Part shown: positions 38,770 to 47,260 of the stretch, one piece after another
Layout of the letters: the number at the start of each line of letters is the position of its first letter
Position numbering within the stretch: position 1 is the stretch's first letter
Assembly: GCA_943356375.1 (NCBI GenBank)
Contig: CALRET010000001.1
Location: forward strand, 1-48,437
Length of the DNA stretch: 48,437 nucleotides
Direction: 5' to 3'
DNA from: Candidatus Nomurabacteria bacterium
GTDB lineage: Bacteria; Patescibacteriota; Minisyncoccia; Phycocordibacterales; UBA9973
Made by a program: the position numbers and the translations under genes
Notes under the pieces: model-generated
The model's input: the letters and a program-made list of their open reading frames with translations, nothing else
Told to the model about the DNA's origin: nothing
Database searches by the model: none

Positions 38770-39212
38770 TAGATAGTAGCTTACAGCTTGTAGCTGATAG
38801 GACCACTGTCTTGTTGAAATTTCTTTATAATAGTTGCTAACATTTTTTGTACCTCAATAACGAGACCTAGAGGTTTTTCAGTATCAATTGTAGCATATAA
38901 TTCTTTTGCAATAAGTAGTTGTGTTTCAAGTTCTGCGGCTGATCCACTTGCAATTCTTAAAAATTGTGAAAAATCTTTTTTTGTACCTCGCTTCTTACCC
39001 TCTGCTATATTTGAAGGAATTGATACAGCGGAACGTTCCATTTGAGAGCGTAAATTAAATATCTCAGATTTTGGGAGTTTTTCACATAACATATAGATTT
39101 CTTTAACTAATTGCATGGATCTTTGCCAAACAAGTAAATCTTTAAATGATGTTATTTGTGTACTCATCTTTTTGATTTCTCCTACAAGCTACAAGCTTTA
39201 ACCTATTATCTA
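38770..39212. mobile_element. Candidate 443-bp cassette: four-helix gene between 33-bp imperfect inverted heptamer repeats
   Basis: 38770-38802 matches the reverse complement of 39180-39212 at 28/33 positions; no transposase and no clear target-site duplication. Confidence 0.45.
38781..39167 (-). CDS. Four helix bundle protein (23S rRNA IVP / bAvd-like family)
   Basis: [43 protein letters not shown]. Confidence 0.93.
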   Translation of the reverse strand: MSTQITSFKDLLVWQRSMQLVKEIYMLCEKLPKSEIFNLRSQMERSAVSIPSNIAEGKKRGTKKDFSQFLRIASGSAAELETQLLIAKELYATIDTEKPLGLVIEVQKMLATIIKKFQQDSGPISYKL

Positions 39213-39215
39213 GTC

Positions 39216-39551
39216 TTAGCTATTAAAAAATTCTATCGTCTTAACCACTTCTCTTCCTATCCTATCTTCTGCCTTTAGTGTTACCACAGAATATCCTTTT
39301 TGAAGGAGTATTGTATCGGTAAACGTTTCGTCACGATCAATAAGGACAAGTCGGTCATTGATAGTCAATTCCTTTGCATGAAGGGCGTGTCCACTGAATT
39401 CAACCAATCGAGCATTTACTGAGTCTTGAGTAAATGAATATGAGAGAGTGAGTCGTTTCGAAGACCATATCATAAAGATAATATAAACCAGGAGAGCTAC
39501 TCCTAATAAAATAAATATTTTGTATTTTATTTTTTGCTTATCAGTGCTCAT
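39216..39551 (-). CDS. Hypothetical membrane-anchored protein
   Basis: N-terminal TM helix plus a short beta-rich domain, between ftsK and recA. Confidence 0.7.
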   Translation of the reverse strand: MSTDKQKIKYKIFILLGVALLVYIIFMIWSSKRLTLSYSFTQDSVNARLVEFSGHALHAKELTINDRLVLIDRDETFTDTILLQKGYSVVTLKAEDRIGREVVKTIEFFNS

Positions 39552-39584
39552 AATAACTAGATTATAGTAAAAGACAATTTATTA

Positions 39585-41777
39585 TTAATTCATTTCATCA
39601 CCGGATCCAGCTTGTTCCTGTGTCATCGTTTTCTCTAGAACATCTCGCGCTTTCGAACCGTTTCCTGGACCCACTACTCCACGTTCTTCCAGTATATCAA
39701 TAAGTCGTGCTGCGCGTGCGTAACCGACACCTAGTTTCCTTTGAAGGTATGATGTCGACGCCTTTCCACTTTCAATGACGATTTGTCGGGCTTGTTCGTA
39801 TAGTTCATCGTCTGCATCTTGCCCACCGTCAACCATTGAAGAGAAAATTGAATTTACTGCTTCGACAGGTCCTGAAAGTTCGATTGTATCAGGTACTTCA
39901 TCTTTAAATGCTTGTACGAGGTATTTTACCACATTTTTTACTTCTTCTTCAGAGATGAATGCAGACTGTAAACGTCTTGGTTGTCCTTCACCATCAGCAT
40001 AGAGCATATCTCCGGCACCCAAGAGTTTTTCAGCTCCTGCAGAGTCCAAGATAGTACGTGAGTCGACTTGCGTTGGTACACGAAGCGCGATACGGGTTGG
40101 GACGTTTGCTTTGATAAGTCCAGTAATGACATTCACTTCTGGACGCTGGGTTGAGAGAATAAGGTGAATACCAACCGCACGAGACATTTGTGCAAGGCGA
40201 ACGATCGCTGCTTCGAGCTCTCGAGGATATGTTTGCATAATGTCGGCAAGTTCATCGATGATAATGACGATATAGGGTAGTGGGTCGATCCCTTCAATAG
40301 CTTCTTCATCTTTCGCTTTTGATTTTTCATTTTTAATTTGATTGTGATACGACTCGATGTCACGCACAGATTCAGCTTGGAGGATGTCATATCGACGATC
40401 CATTTCTTTTGCAGCCCATTTGAGAGCCAAGATACATTTCTTCGCATCAGTGATTACTGGGGTAAGGAGGTGAGGGATTTTGTTGTAGAGAGTCAATTCG
40501 ACACGTTTTGGGTCGACGAAAATAAGCTTGAGATCATCTGGACTATTGCGGTAGAGGAGTGAGGTAATAATCGTGTGAATGGTTACGGATTTTCCGGAAC
40601 CAGTTGTTCCTGCAATAAGAGCATGAGGCATTTTTGCCATATTTGCAAAATGTGCACGACCGGAAATATCTCGTCCGATTGCAACAGTAAGTGCTTTTGA
40701 CGCATTTTTGAATTTTTCGTCTGCGAGCAAGGTCCCTAGTCCGACTGTTGATTTTGTTTTATTTGGTATTTCAATACCCACAAGCGATTTCCCGGGAATT
40801 GGAGCTTCTATACGGATCGGGTGTGCAGCGAGAGCCATAGCCATATCATTCTGGAGACCGACAATACGAGAGAGTTTAACGCCGACCGCGGGTTTGAGTG
40901 CATAGCGAGTTACTGTTGGACCAATAGTAACTTCATCCATTTCGACTTCGATGCCAAAGTTAAGGAGTGTTCGTTTAATAATATTTGCATTTGCTTTGAT
41001 ATCTCCAACATTTGCTTTTCCACGATCTTGCTCAAGAAGAGAAAGGGGAGGGGGAACATAGTTACCATGGAATTTAAATCCTGAATGAGATTTAGAAACA
41101 GGCTCAAATTCATCATCAGTATCTTTTTCTTCTTTGGTACTTTTCCTACTCTCTTCTTGTAGAGGTTTTTCGTCTTCAGTATCTGCAACACTTTCTTCTT
41201 CAGATGTCTCTGTGTAGTCTGCAGTATCAGAAATAGAAACAACAGCTACAGAAGTGCTTTTTTTAAATTTATTTTTAAACCATTCAGATAGTTGTGAGAA
41301 ATCAGGTTTTACATCAAAAAGAACCAACAGAGAAATGACAAGTATTGCAGTCAAAAATATAACCCCTGCAAAAGTCTCAAAGAGTGCAACAAAAGGGAAA
41401 CCAACTGCATGACCAATAATTCCCCCACGTGCAGTTACTGATAATAGATCTAAAATTCCCAATCCCGAAAGAAAGAAAATGAGCGCACTGATTGTATGAA
41501 TTGTTGCAAGATTTGGACGTTCGCTTTTAAGAAAAGTAATACCGAGTAACGTGAGAATAAGCGGGACTAATATATACCCAAGACCAAACAATGCGGTGAG
41601 AGAGTTGTACACAAAATCTCCCGCAACACCGCCTTTGTGGAATGCCGCAATAACAAAAAAGAAAGCAAAGAGGAGACATACAATAGCGTATATTCCATGT
41701 TTTGTTTCTTGGCGAATTATTTTAAGCGGACTTTCAGTTTCCTTTTTCTTTGTTGGTTTGGTGTCGGTTTTTTTCAT
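39585..41777 (-). CDS. ftsK: DNA translocase FtsK
   Basis: N-terminal TM helices, GTTGSGKS, DPKRVEL, IIDELAD, STQRP, gamma domain STSYLQRKLGVGYARAARL. Confidence 0.98.
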   Translation of the reverse strand: MKKTDTKPTKKKETESPLKIIRQETKHGIYAIVCLLFAFFFVIAAFHKGGVAGDFVYNSLTALFGLGYILVPLILTLLGITFLKSERPNLATIHTISALIFFLSGLGILDLLSVTARGGIIGHAVGFPFVALFETFAGVIFLTAILVISLLVLFDVKPDFSQLSEWFKNKFKKSTSVAVVSISDTADYTETSEEESVADTEDEKPLQEESRKSTKEEKDTDDEFEPVSKSHSGFKFHGNYVPPPLSLLEQDRGKANVGDIKANANIIKRTLLNFGIEVEMDEVTIGPTVTRYALKPAVGVKLSRIVGLQNDMAMALAAHPIRIEAPIPGKSLVGIEIPNKTKSTVGLGTLLADEKFKNASKALTVAIGRDISGRAHFANMAKMPHALIAGTTGSGKSVTIHTIITSLLYRNSPDDLKLIFVDPKRVELTLYNKIPHLLTPVITDAKKCILALKWAAKEMDRRYDILQAESVRDIESYHNQIKNEKSKAKDEEAIEGIDPLPYIVIIIDELADIMQTYPRELEAAIVRLAQMSRAVGIHLILSTQRPEVNVITGLIKANVPTRIALRVPTQVDSRTILDSAGAEKLLGAGDMLYADGEGQPRRLQSAFISEEEVKNVVKYLVQAFKDEVPDTIELSGPVEAVNSIFSSMVDGGQDADDELYEQARQIVIESGKASTSYLQRKLGVGYARAARLIDILEERGVVGPGNGSKARDVLEKTMTQEQAGSGDEMN

Positions 41778-41797
41778 TACTTTTGTTGTGTAAAATG

Positions 41798-41806
41798 TGT
41801 GGATAA
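41798..41806 (-). promoter_or_regulatory. Perfect DnaA box upstream of ftsK
   Basis: TGTGGATAA, 20 bp before the ftsK start. Confidence 0.55.
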
Positions 41807-42037
41807 CTTTTTCAGATATATATCGAAAAGATAAATGTATTTTAGCACAAACAACAGCACAATTTCTAATTTACTTACGCTTTAAATTAAGTGTTTATTT
41901 GAATTCGCATTTTCTACAAGCTGTCAGCTACTAGCTACTATCTGTCCATAGGCTTGCATTTCTTTTTGTCCGATATATAATCAGGCATATCAGATGTCTC
42001 TGAGAAGAATTTTTACGATAAAAGACACTTTAGAGAC

Positions 42038-42076
42038 ACTCACCTGTAGCAAGAACTGTTCTTGCTACAGGTGAGT
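42038..42076. repeat. Orphan REP-type palindrome
   Basis: ACTCACCTG-TAGCAAGAAC-T-GTTCTTGCTA-CAGGTGAGT; core is identical to the RAYT-flanking palindromes at 45580 and 45757. Confidence 0.9.
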
Positions 42077-42093
42077 AATGTCTCATACAAACT

Positions 42094-42903
42094 ATGGAAA
42101 ACAAAAGGGAAAATCAAAAAGACACCGTTTCCACACTCAATGATTCAAGGGACACTTTTACTCATGCTATAGGACTTCGAACAGAAAAGATCCTCTCGGC
42201 TCTCTATATGGTAACCGACTGTATGGAAGGGGAAGATCCTATTAAACAAAAAGTCCGCACACTCGGTGTCGAAATGGTCGCAAAAGTCAGATCTCTCGCA
42301 CTTGGGTTACCTACCGAACGACACCTTCTCTTTAGGGAAGTTTTTAATACAATAACCATGATGATCGGCTATTTGAGCGTTGCTAAAACAATCGGCTTTA
42401 TATCCGAAATGAACTACTCTATTTTATGCAAAGAATTACAGTCAGTGGGCGAATCGCTAGATAAGAATATTTCGAACGGTTTTATGTCGTTGCCGATACA
42501 GGGAAAAGGGTTTAACTTACCAGAAAACTTTTTTATAGCAGAAGATTTAGACACTTCTGATTTTAGAGGGCAAATAGCTTATAAAGGACATCTTAAGGAC
42601 AATACTAATGTCCCTAAGAATGTCCAATACAACACGGCCTATATACCAAAACCACGCTTCCAGTCTATCGGACAAAATATTCAAACAAATAAGTTTCCAA
42701 AGATAAAAATTGACAGAAAAAAGATCATTATTGAAACGGTTAAACAGAAAGAAAATGTAATGATTAAAGATGTTATTCCACTTTTCACGGATTGTAGTGA
42801 AAAAACAATTCAACGAGAATTAAGTGATCTCGTTTCTCAGGGAATACTCAAAAAGACAGGGGACAAACGATGGAGTAAATACTCACTCCAAAAGTCTCAA
42901 TAA
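42094..42903 (+). CDS. Four-helix-bundle-like plus C-terminal DeoR-like winged HTH protein
   Basis: N-terminal EKILSALYMVTD...YLSVAKTIGFISEMNYSIL; C-terminal IKDVIPLFTDCSEKTIQRELSDLVSQGILKKTGDKRWSKY. Confidence 0.75.
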   Translation: MENKRENQKDTVSTLNDSRDTFTHAIGLRTEKILSALYMVTDCMEGEDPIKQKVRTLGVEMVAKVRSLALGLPTERHLLFREVFNTITMMIGYLSVAKTIGFISEMNYSILCKELQSVGESLDKNISNGFMSLPIQGKGFNLPENFFIAEDLDTSDFRGQIAYKGHLKDNTNVPKNVQYNTAYIPKPRFQSIGQNIQTNKFPKIKIDRKKIIIETVKQKENVMIKDVIPLFTDCSEKTIQRELSDLVSQGILKKTGDKRWSKYSLQKSQ

Positions 42904-43103
42904 GAGACATTCCTGACAGTACTCCGAAGACTACTAAAAGCCATATTTGACAAGCTTTTTATATTATTGTATTTTAAAATCACTCATAATCAGCTATGTA
43001 ATTTTTGACCCACTTCACCGTCATAACATACGAGTCCGATATACTAGGTGTTTTGTGTACCATTCCCAAACGAGTGAGTTATGACAAGGGTTAAATGGTA
43101 TAT

Positions 43104-43112
43104 TTATCCACA
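43104..43112 (+). promoter_or_regulatory. Perfect DnaA box
   Basis: TTATCCACA in intergenic DNA. Confidence 0.55.
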
Positions 43113-43202
43113 GGTATGGTTGCGACTTCTGGCTTAGGGAGATATACTTTGATCTGTATATACAGTACTGGTATATTTTTACCCCGTATGCTAGTATATA
43201 CA

Positions 43203-43579
43203 AGTTTCCTGGCGCTATCGGCTAGGGACGTGCACAGAGCAATCTGTGTGAAGGCATGATCGTTGAAAACTGCATAACAGATGTGTTCGCACATCACATT
43301 AGTGATTTATTGTGCTATCGAAATAAATCACTCAACGATTATTCAGTTTTCTGTCGACATGCCATGTATCGGTCTTGTCGACAAGGCAGGTGCATATTGC
43401 GTGGCAACACGCTATATCCTTTGCTTACAATAATGAACATCGAAATATATTTTGATGTTCTGTGGAAAAAACCGATCAACTGTTTGTTCAATAAAAGGAT
43501 AAATAGTTGATCAAAACATGCGCGTATAATTTGTCGAAAATTACCAATGTAAGCGCATTTTAATCACGATAATTTAATT
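43203..43579 (+). ncRNA. Long structured leader or ncRNA upstream of the S-layer-like gene
   Basis: Extended -10 TGcTAGTAT (43189-43197), then at least eight stems, with GCAA and TTCG tetraloops. Confidence 0.6.
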
Positions 43580-45436
43580 ATGACTAAATTTACAAAAATT
43601 TCAGCAGTAATACTCGGTGCAGCTATGACGTTTGGTGGCTTTGCAATTACGCACGCCGCTAACTCAGCATCACCAGCAGTAAACGCTGCATTGCTCGCAG
43701 CTGGTCTTACACAAGCCCAGATCGATGCATTGTTCCCAGTTTCTACTATGACTTCTCTTGATCTTGGTCCAACAACTTTGGAACAAGGTTCAATGGGTCA
43801 GTATGTTAAAAATTTACAAACCTTCCTCGGCATTAATGCTGATGGAAACTTCGGTTCAGGCACAAAGGCTGCAGTTATGGCTAAACAAGCTATGCTCGGT
43901 CTCGTAGCTGATGGAAAAGTTGGTCCTGCTTCAAAAGCGGCTTTCGCTGCTTCAGTAGCACCAGTTACTCCTCCAGCATCTAACGGCGGATCAAATTCAT
44001 CTTCAGAACTTGAAGGTGGAGAAGGAGAAATTTCTGATGCTGACTTTATTTCATCATATAACAATGAAGAAGTTGGTGAAGATACTGAAAATCTAAAAGT
44101 TCTTGGTCTTGAAATTGAGGCCGGTGATGATTCAGATATTGCACTCACAAGCGTGAAGGTTTCTTTCGCGGAACAAGGTGCTGGTGGTTCAGTTGACTTT
44201 GATGATTACGCAGATTCAGTTTCTATCTGGTTCGGTTCAGAAAAAGTTGGTTCAGCTGACGTTGAAGACTTCAACGAAGATAATGATATTTGGTCAAAAT
44301 CAATCTCACTTGACGGTGTAGTTATTGAAGCTGAGGACACAGAAAAATTATATGTTGCAGTTTCTTCTGTAAACAACATTGATTCAGCTGATCTCGGATC
44401 AGCAAACAATGACTGGGATGCTACTGTCACAAGTATTCGTTATGAAGACGGTGATGGAGCTCTCACAACTGACACAACAACAGGAGACATTGGAGTTGCT
44501 CGTGGATTCTTCTTTGACACAGCTCTTTCTGCAAATGATGTAGAATTAACTGTTGATGACATTACTGCTTCACCTGCAGAACAATCAGTTGAAGTTGATG
44601 AAGACGGTGGTGACGAAGCTTCTCTTTTGAAGGGAGAATTCGAAGCTGATGGATCTGATGTCACAGTAACTGAACTCGTTGTTGATATTACTCCAGCGGG
44701 AACAGGAGATGCTTACGATATTGCTTCTGATTACATCCTCATGATTGATGGTGAAGAAGTTGCTTCTGAAAATTCAGATGACTGTACTTCAGGAACATGT
44801 GATGGAACAGGAGCTGCTGTTGAATACACATTCGAAGATTTCGAAGTTACTGTAGCTGATGGTGATACTCTTGAATTTGAAATCAAGGCTGTTCTTAATG
44901 AAATCAGTGCTACATTCGTAGCGGGTGACTCATTGACTGCAAGTGTTGATGCTGATGACCTATCAGCTGAAACAGACTCAGATGATCTTACAACTTCAGA
45001 ACTTAACGGTACTGCAGCTGGTGAGGCTCAGTCATTCTACGAAGATGGATTTTCAGCTATTCTTGACGAGGGTGAATCTGAAGCGGTTGCTGCTGGTCAA
45101 AACCAGGCAGAATTCCTCTTTGTTGTAGATATTACAGCGTATGGAGATGCTGATGTTGATCTTGATGAGACAGATTTCAACGAAACTGTAGTTGGTAATG
45201 GTGTTCTTAACACTGACTATTCATACAGCGTTGAGTTGATCGATGAAGATAGTAACATTGATGAAGATGTTCCAGGAACATTTACTTGGAACGATGAGAC
45301 AGGAACTATTACATTCCGTGTCACAGTAATCACCCTCACTCTAACTGGTGCGGGAGAATACAATGTTACACTTGATGATGTTGATGGACAAGATGTTGAT
45401 GAAGACCTAACAAAGGTAATTAACTTCGTTTCTTAA
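43580..45436 (+). CDS. Secreted, very acidic S-layer-like protein with a peptidoglycan-binding domain
   Basis: Signal peptide; LEQGSMGQYVKNLQTFL...ADGNFGSGTKAAV...ADGKVGPAS; D/E/T-rich beta domains; strongly biased codon use. Confidence 0.8.
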   Translation: MTKFTKISAVILGAAMTFGGFAITHAANSASPAVNAALLAAGLTQAQIDALFPVSTMTSLDLGPTTLEQGSMGQYVKNLQTFLGINADGNFGSGTKAAVMAKQAMLGLVADGKVGPASKAAFAASVAPVTPPASNGGSNSSSELEGGEGEISDADFISSYNNEEVGEDTENLKVLGLEIEAGDDSDIALTSVKVSFAEQGAGGSVDFDDYADSVSIWFGSEKVGSADVEDFNEDNDIWSKSISLDGVVIEAEDTEKLYVAVSSVNNIDSADLGSANNDWDATVTSIRYEDGDGALTTDTTTGDIGVARGFFFDTALSANDVELTVDDITASPAEQSVEVDEDGGDEASLLKGEFEADGSDVTVTELVVDITPAGTGDAYDIASDYILMIDGEEVASENSDDCTSGTCDGTGAAVEYTFEDFEVTVADGDTLEFEIKAVLNEISATFVAGDSLTASVDADDLSAETDSDDLTTSELNGTAAGEAQSFYEDGFSAILDEGESEAVAAGQNQAEFLFVVDITAYGDADVDLDETDFNETVVGNGVLNTDYSYSVELIDEDSNIDEDVPGTFTWNDETGTITFRVTVITLTLTGAGEYNVTLDDVDGQDVDEDLTKVINFVS

Positions 45437-45516
45437 TAAATTATCTAGCTAATAAGAACAATTCTTATTACTATGATTATTTAGACATAGCTGGTTAATA
45501 CGCCTTAAAAAGTATT

Positions 45517-45543
45517 CAAAAAACACCCGAGAGGGTGTTTTTT
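45517..45543 (+). terminator. Intrinsic terminator
   Basis: AAAAAACACCC-GAGA-GGGTGTTTTTT. Confidence 0.85.
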
Positions 45544-45579
45544 GTTTGTCTTTTTTTCAGGATTAGTGGATTAACAGGA

Positions 45580-45602
45580 TTAGCAAGAACTGTTCTTGCT
45601 AA
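45580..45602. repeat. REP-type palindrome 1
   Basis: TTAGCAAGAAC-T-GTTCTTGCTAA. Confidence 0.9.
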
Positions 45603-45631
45603 CAGACTGAGTTGATATATAATAAAGATAT

Positions 45632-45760
45632 ATGTTTCGAAAAGATCCATTTATAACTGGAGAATACTATCACATCTATAATAGAGGTATTGATAAGAGA
45701 GATATCTTTAAATCCACGTTTGATCACGAAAGGTTTATGATGCTTTTATATGTAGATTAG
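45632..45760 (+). pseudogene. 5' fragment of a RAYT transposase (42 aa)
   Basis: MFRKDPFITGEYYHIYNRG...LLYVD*, cut off by REP 2; part of a tandem duplication with a 177-bp period. Confidence 0.88.
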
Positions 45761-45779
45761 CAAGAACTGTTCTTGCTAA
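45757..45779. repeat. REP-type palindrome 2
   Basis: Identical to REP 1, 177 bp downstream. Confidence 0.9.
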
Positions 45780-45808
45780 CAGACTAAGTTGATATATAAT
45801 AAAGACAT

Positions 45809-46414
45809 ATGTTTCGAAAAGACCCATTTATAACTGGAGAATACTATCACATCTACAATAGAGGTATTGATAAGAGAGATATCTTTAAATCCACGTTTGA
45901 TCACGAAAGGTTTATGATGCTTTTATATGTTGCAAATTCTCACGAAGACTTACGACTCGATAATCTGGTTAACCGTCTTCATAAGACATTTCAAGATATC
46001 TTAGTTTTAGATAAAGGAAAACCATTAGTTTCTATTGGTGCATGGTGTCTCATGACCAATCATTTTCACTTACTGGTACGACAAGAAGTCGAAGGTGGAA
46101 TTACAAAATTTATGAGGAAACTAGGGGTTGGGTATTCAATGTATTTCAATATTAAATATCAAAGACAGGGCGCGTTGTTCGGGGGACCATTTAAATCAAA
46201 ACTTATCGGAGTAGATGACGCATATATGCAGTATCTTTTGGGGTATATTCATCTCAATCCACTTGATATAGAGTTCTATCAATGGAAACAGAATCTTGAT
46301 AGACCAACAGAAGAGATGAAGGGATTTTTGGAATCATATAGATATTCAAGTTATCAGGAAGGATTAGCAAGGACGGTCCTTGCTACAGGCTTTATATCTG
46401 ATAAAATAGACTAA
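45809..46414 (+). CDS. REP-associated tyrosine transposase (RAYT, Y1 HUH); C-terminus replaced by REP read-through
   Basis: YYHIYNRG, CLMTNHFHLL, YIHLNP, YRYSSY, then GLARTVLA encoded by REP 3. Confidence 0.9.
   Translation: MFRKDPFITGEYYHIYNRGIDKRDIFKSTFDHERFMMLLYVANSHEDLRLDNLVNRLHKTFQDILVLDKGKPLVSIGAWCLMTNHFHLLVRQEVEGGITKFMRKLGVGYSMYFNIKYQRQGALFGGPFKSKLIGVDDAYMQYLLGYIHLNPLDIEFYQWKQNLDRPTEEMKGFLESYRYSSYQEGLARTVLATGFISDKID
46365..46385. repeat. REP-type palindrome 3
   Basis: TAGCAAGGAC-G-GTCCTTGCTA. Confidence 0.9.
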
Positions 46415-47154
46415 TGCTCCGTAAAGATCCATTTATAACTGGTGAATACTATCATATATACAATAGAGGTATCGACAAGCGAGATATCTTTAAATCAAAA
46501 TTTGATCACGAAAGATTTATCATGTTGTTATATGTTGCAAATTCAGATAAACAGTTACGACTTGATAATCTTATAAATCACTCTCATAAAAAATTTGAAG
46601 AAATTCTTGTATTAGATAAAGGTAATCCACTAGTTTCTATTGGTGCATGGTGTCTCATGACTAATCATTTCCACTTACTGATACGACAAGAAGTCGAAGG
46701 CGGAATAACAAAATTCATGAAGAAATTGGGTACAGGATATTCAATGTACTTTAATATTAAATACCAGAGAAAAGGCGCATTATTCGGTGGACTTTTTAAG
46801 TCAAAACTTATTGGTGTTGATGATGGGTACATGCAGTATCTTTTGGGATATATTCACCTTAATCCACTCGATATTCAATTTTCTGGGTGGGATAGTGATG
46901 ATACGGATGGTAATAATGCCGACGAAGATGAGATTATATATGATCAGAAAGATATGAAAATCTTTTTAGAATCATATAGATATTCGAGTTATATGGATTA
47001 TATAAATATAAAAGATCCAAGAGTCGAATCGAAAATTCTTAAACTTGATGTTTTTCCAGAATATTTTAAAGACGGGAAAGCATTTAAGGATTTTGTTGAA
47101 AATTATTTTATTACTGACCCAGAAACAGGGAATGGTTTTAAATTCAAATTCTAA
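46414..47154 (+). CDS. REP-associated tyrosine transposase (RAYT), full length
   Basis: Same HUH and Tyr motifs; diverged paralogue of the upstream copy. Confidence 0.92.
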   Translation: MLRKDPFITGEYYHIYNRGIDKRDIFKSKFDHERFIMLLYVANSDKQLRLDNLINHSHKKFEEILVLDKGNPLVSIGAWCLMTNHFHLLIRQEVEGGITKFMKKLGTGYSMYFNIKYQRKGALFGGLFKSKLIGVDDGYMQYLLGYIHLNPLDIQFSGWDSDDTDGNNADEDEIIYDQKDMKIFLESYRYSSYMDYINIKDPRVESKILKLDVFPEYFKDGKAFKDFVENYFITDPETGNGFKFKF

Positions 47155-47157
47155 CTC

Positions 47158-47194
47158 ATAACCTATAGCAAGGACCGTCCTTGCTATAGGTTAT
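47158..47194. repeat. REP-type palindrome 4
   Basis: ATAACCTATAGCAAGGAC-C-GTCCTTGCTATAGGTTAT. Confidence 0.9.
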
Positions 47195-47260
47195 TTGACT
47201 AGATAGTTTTGATTTCATTCTAAATATCATATAATTATCTCAGACCAAAATTTCTTTACA

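Noticed and set aside
38781..42903. Diversity-generating retroelement suggested by two Avd-like proteins
   Set aside because: No reverse transcriptase and no TR/VR pair with adenine-specific mismatches was seen in the window.
43020..43085. attC-like site GTCATAAC...GTTATGAC
   Set aside because: Single copy, weak internal pairing and no integron integrase.
41798..43112. oriC or dif site
   Set aside because: Only two isolated DnaA boxes 1.3 kb apart, no dnaA or dnaN nearby, and no convincing XerC/XerD dif consensus.
43021..43510. Short ORFs upstream of the S-layer-like gene
   Set aside because: No protein features; the dense hairpins explain the region better.
45578..45930. TR/VR pair or pure assembly artefact
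   Set aside because: The four differences are G/A and T/C transitions rather than A-to-N changes, and their presence argues against an exact mis-join; reads are still needed to settle it.
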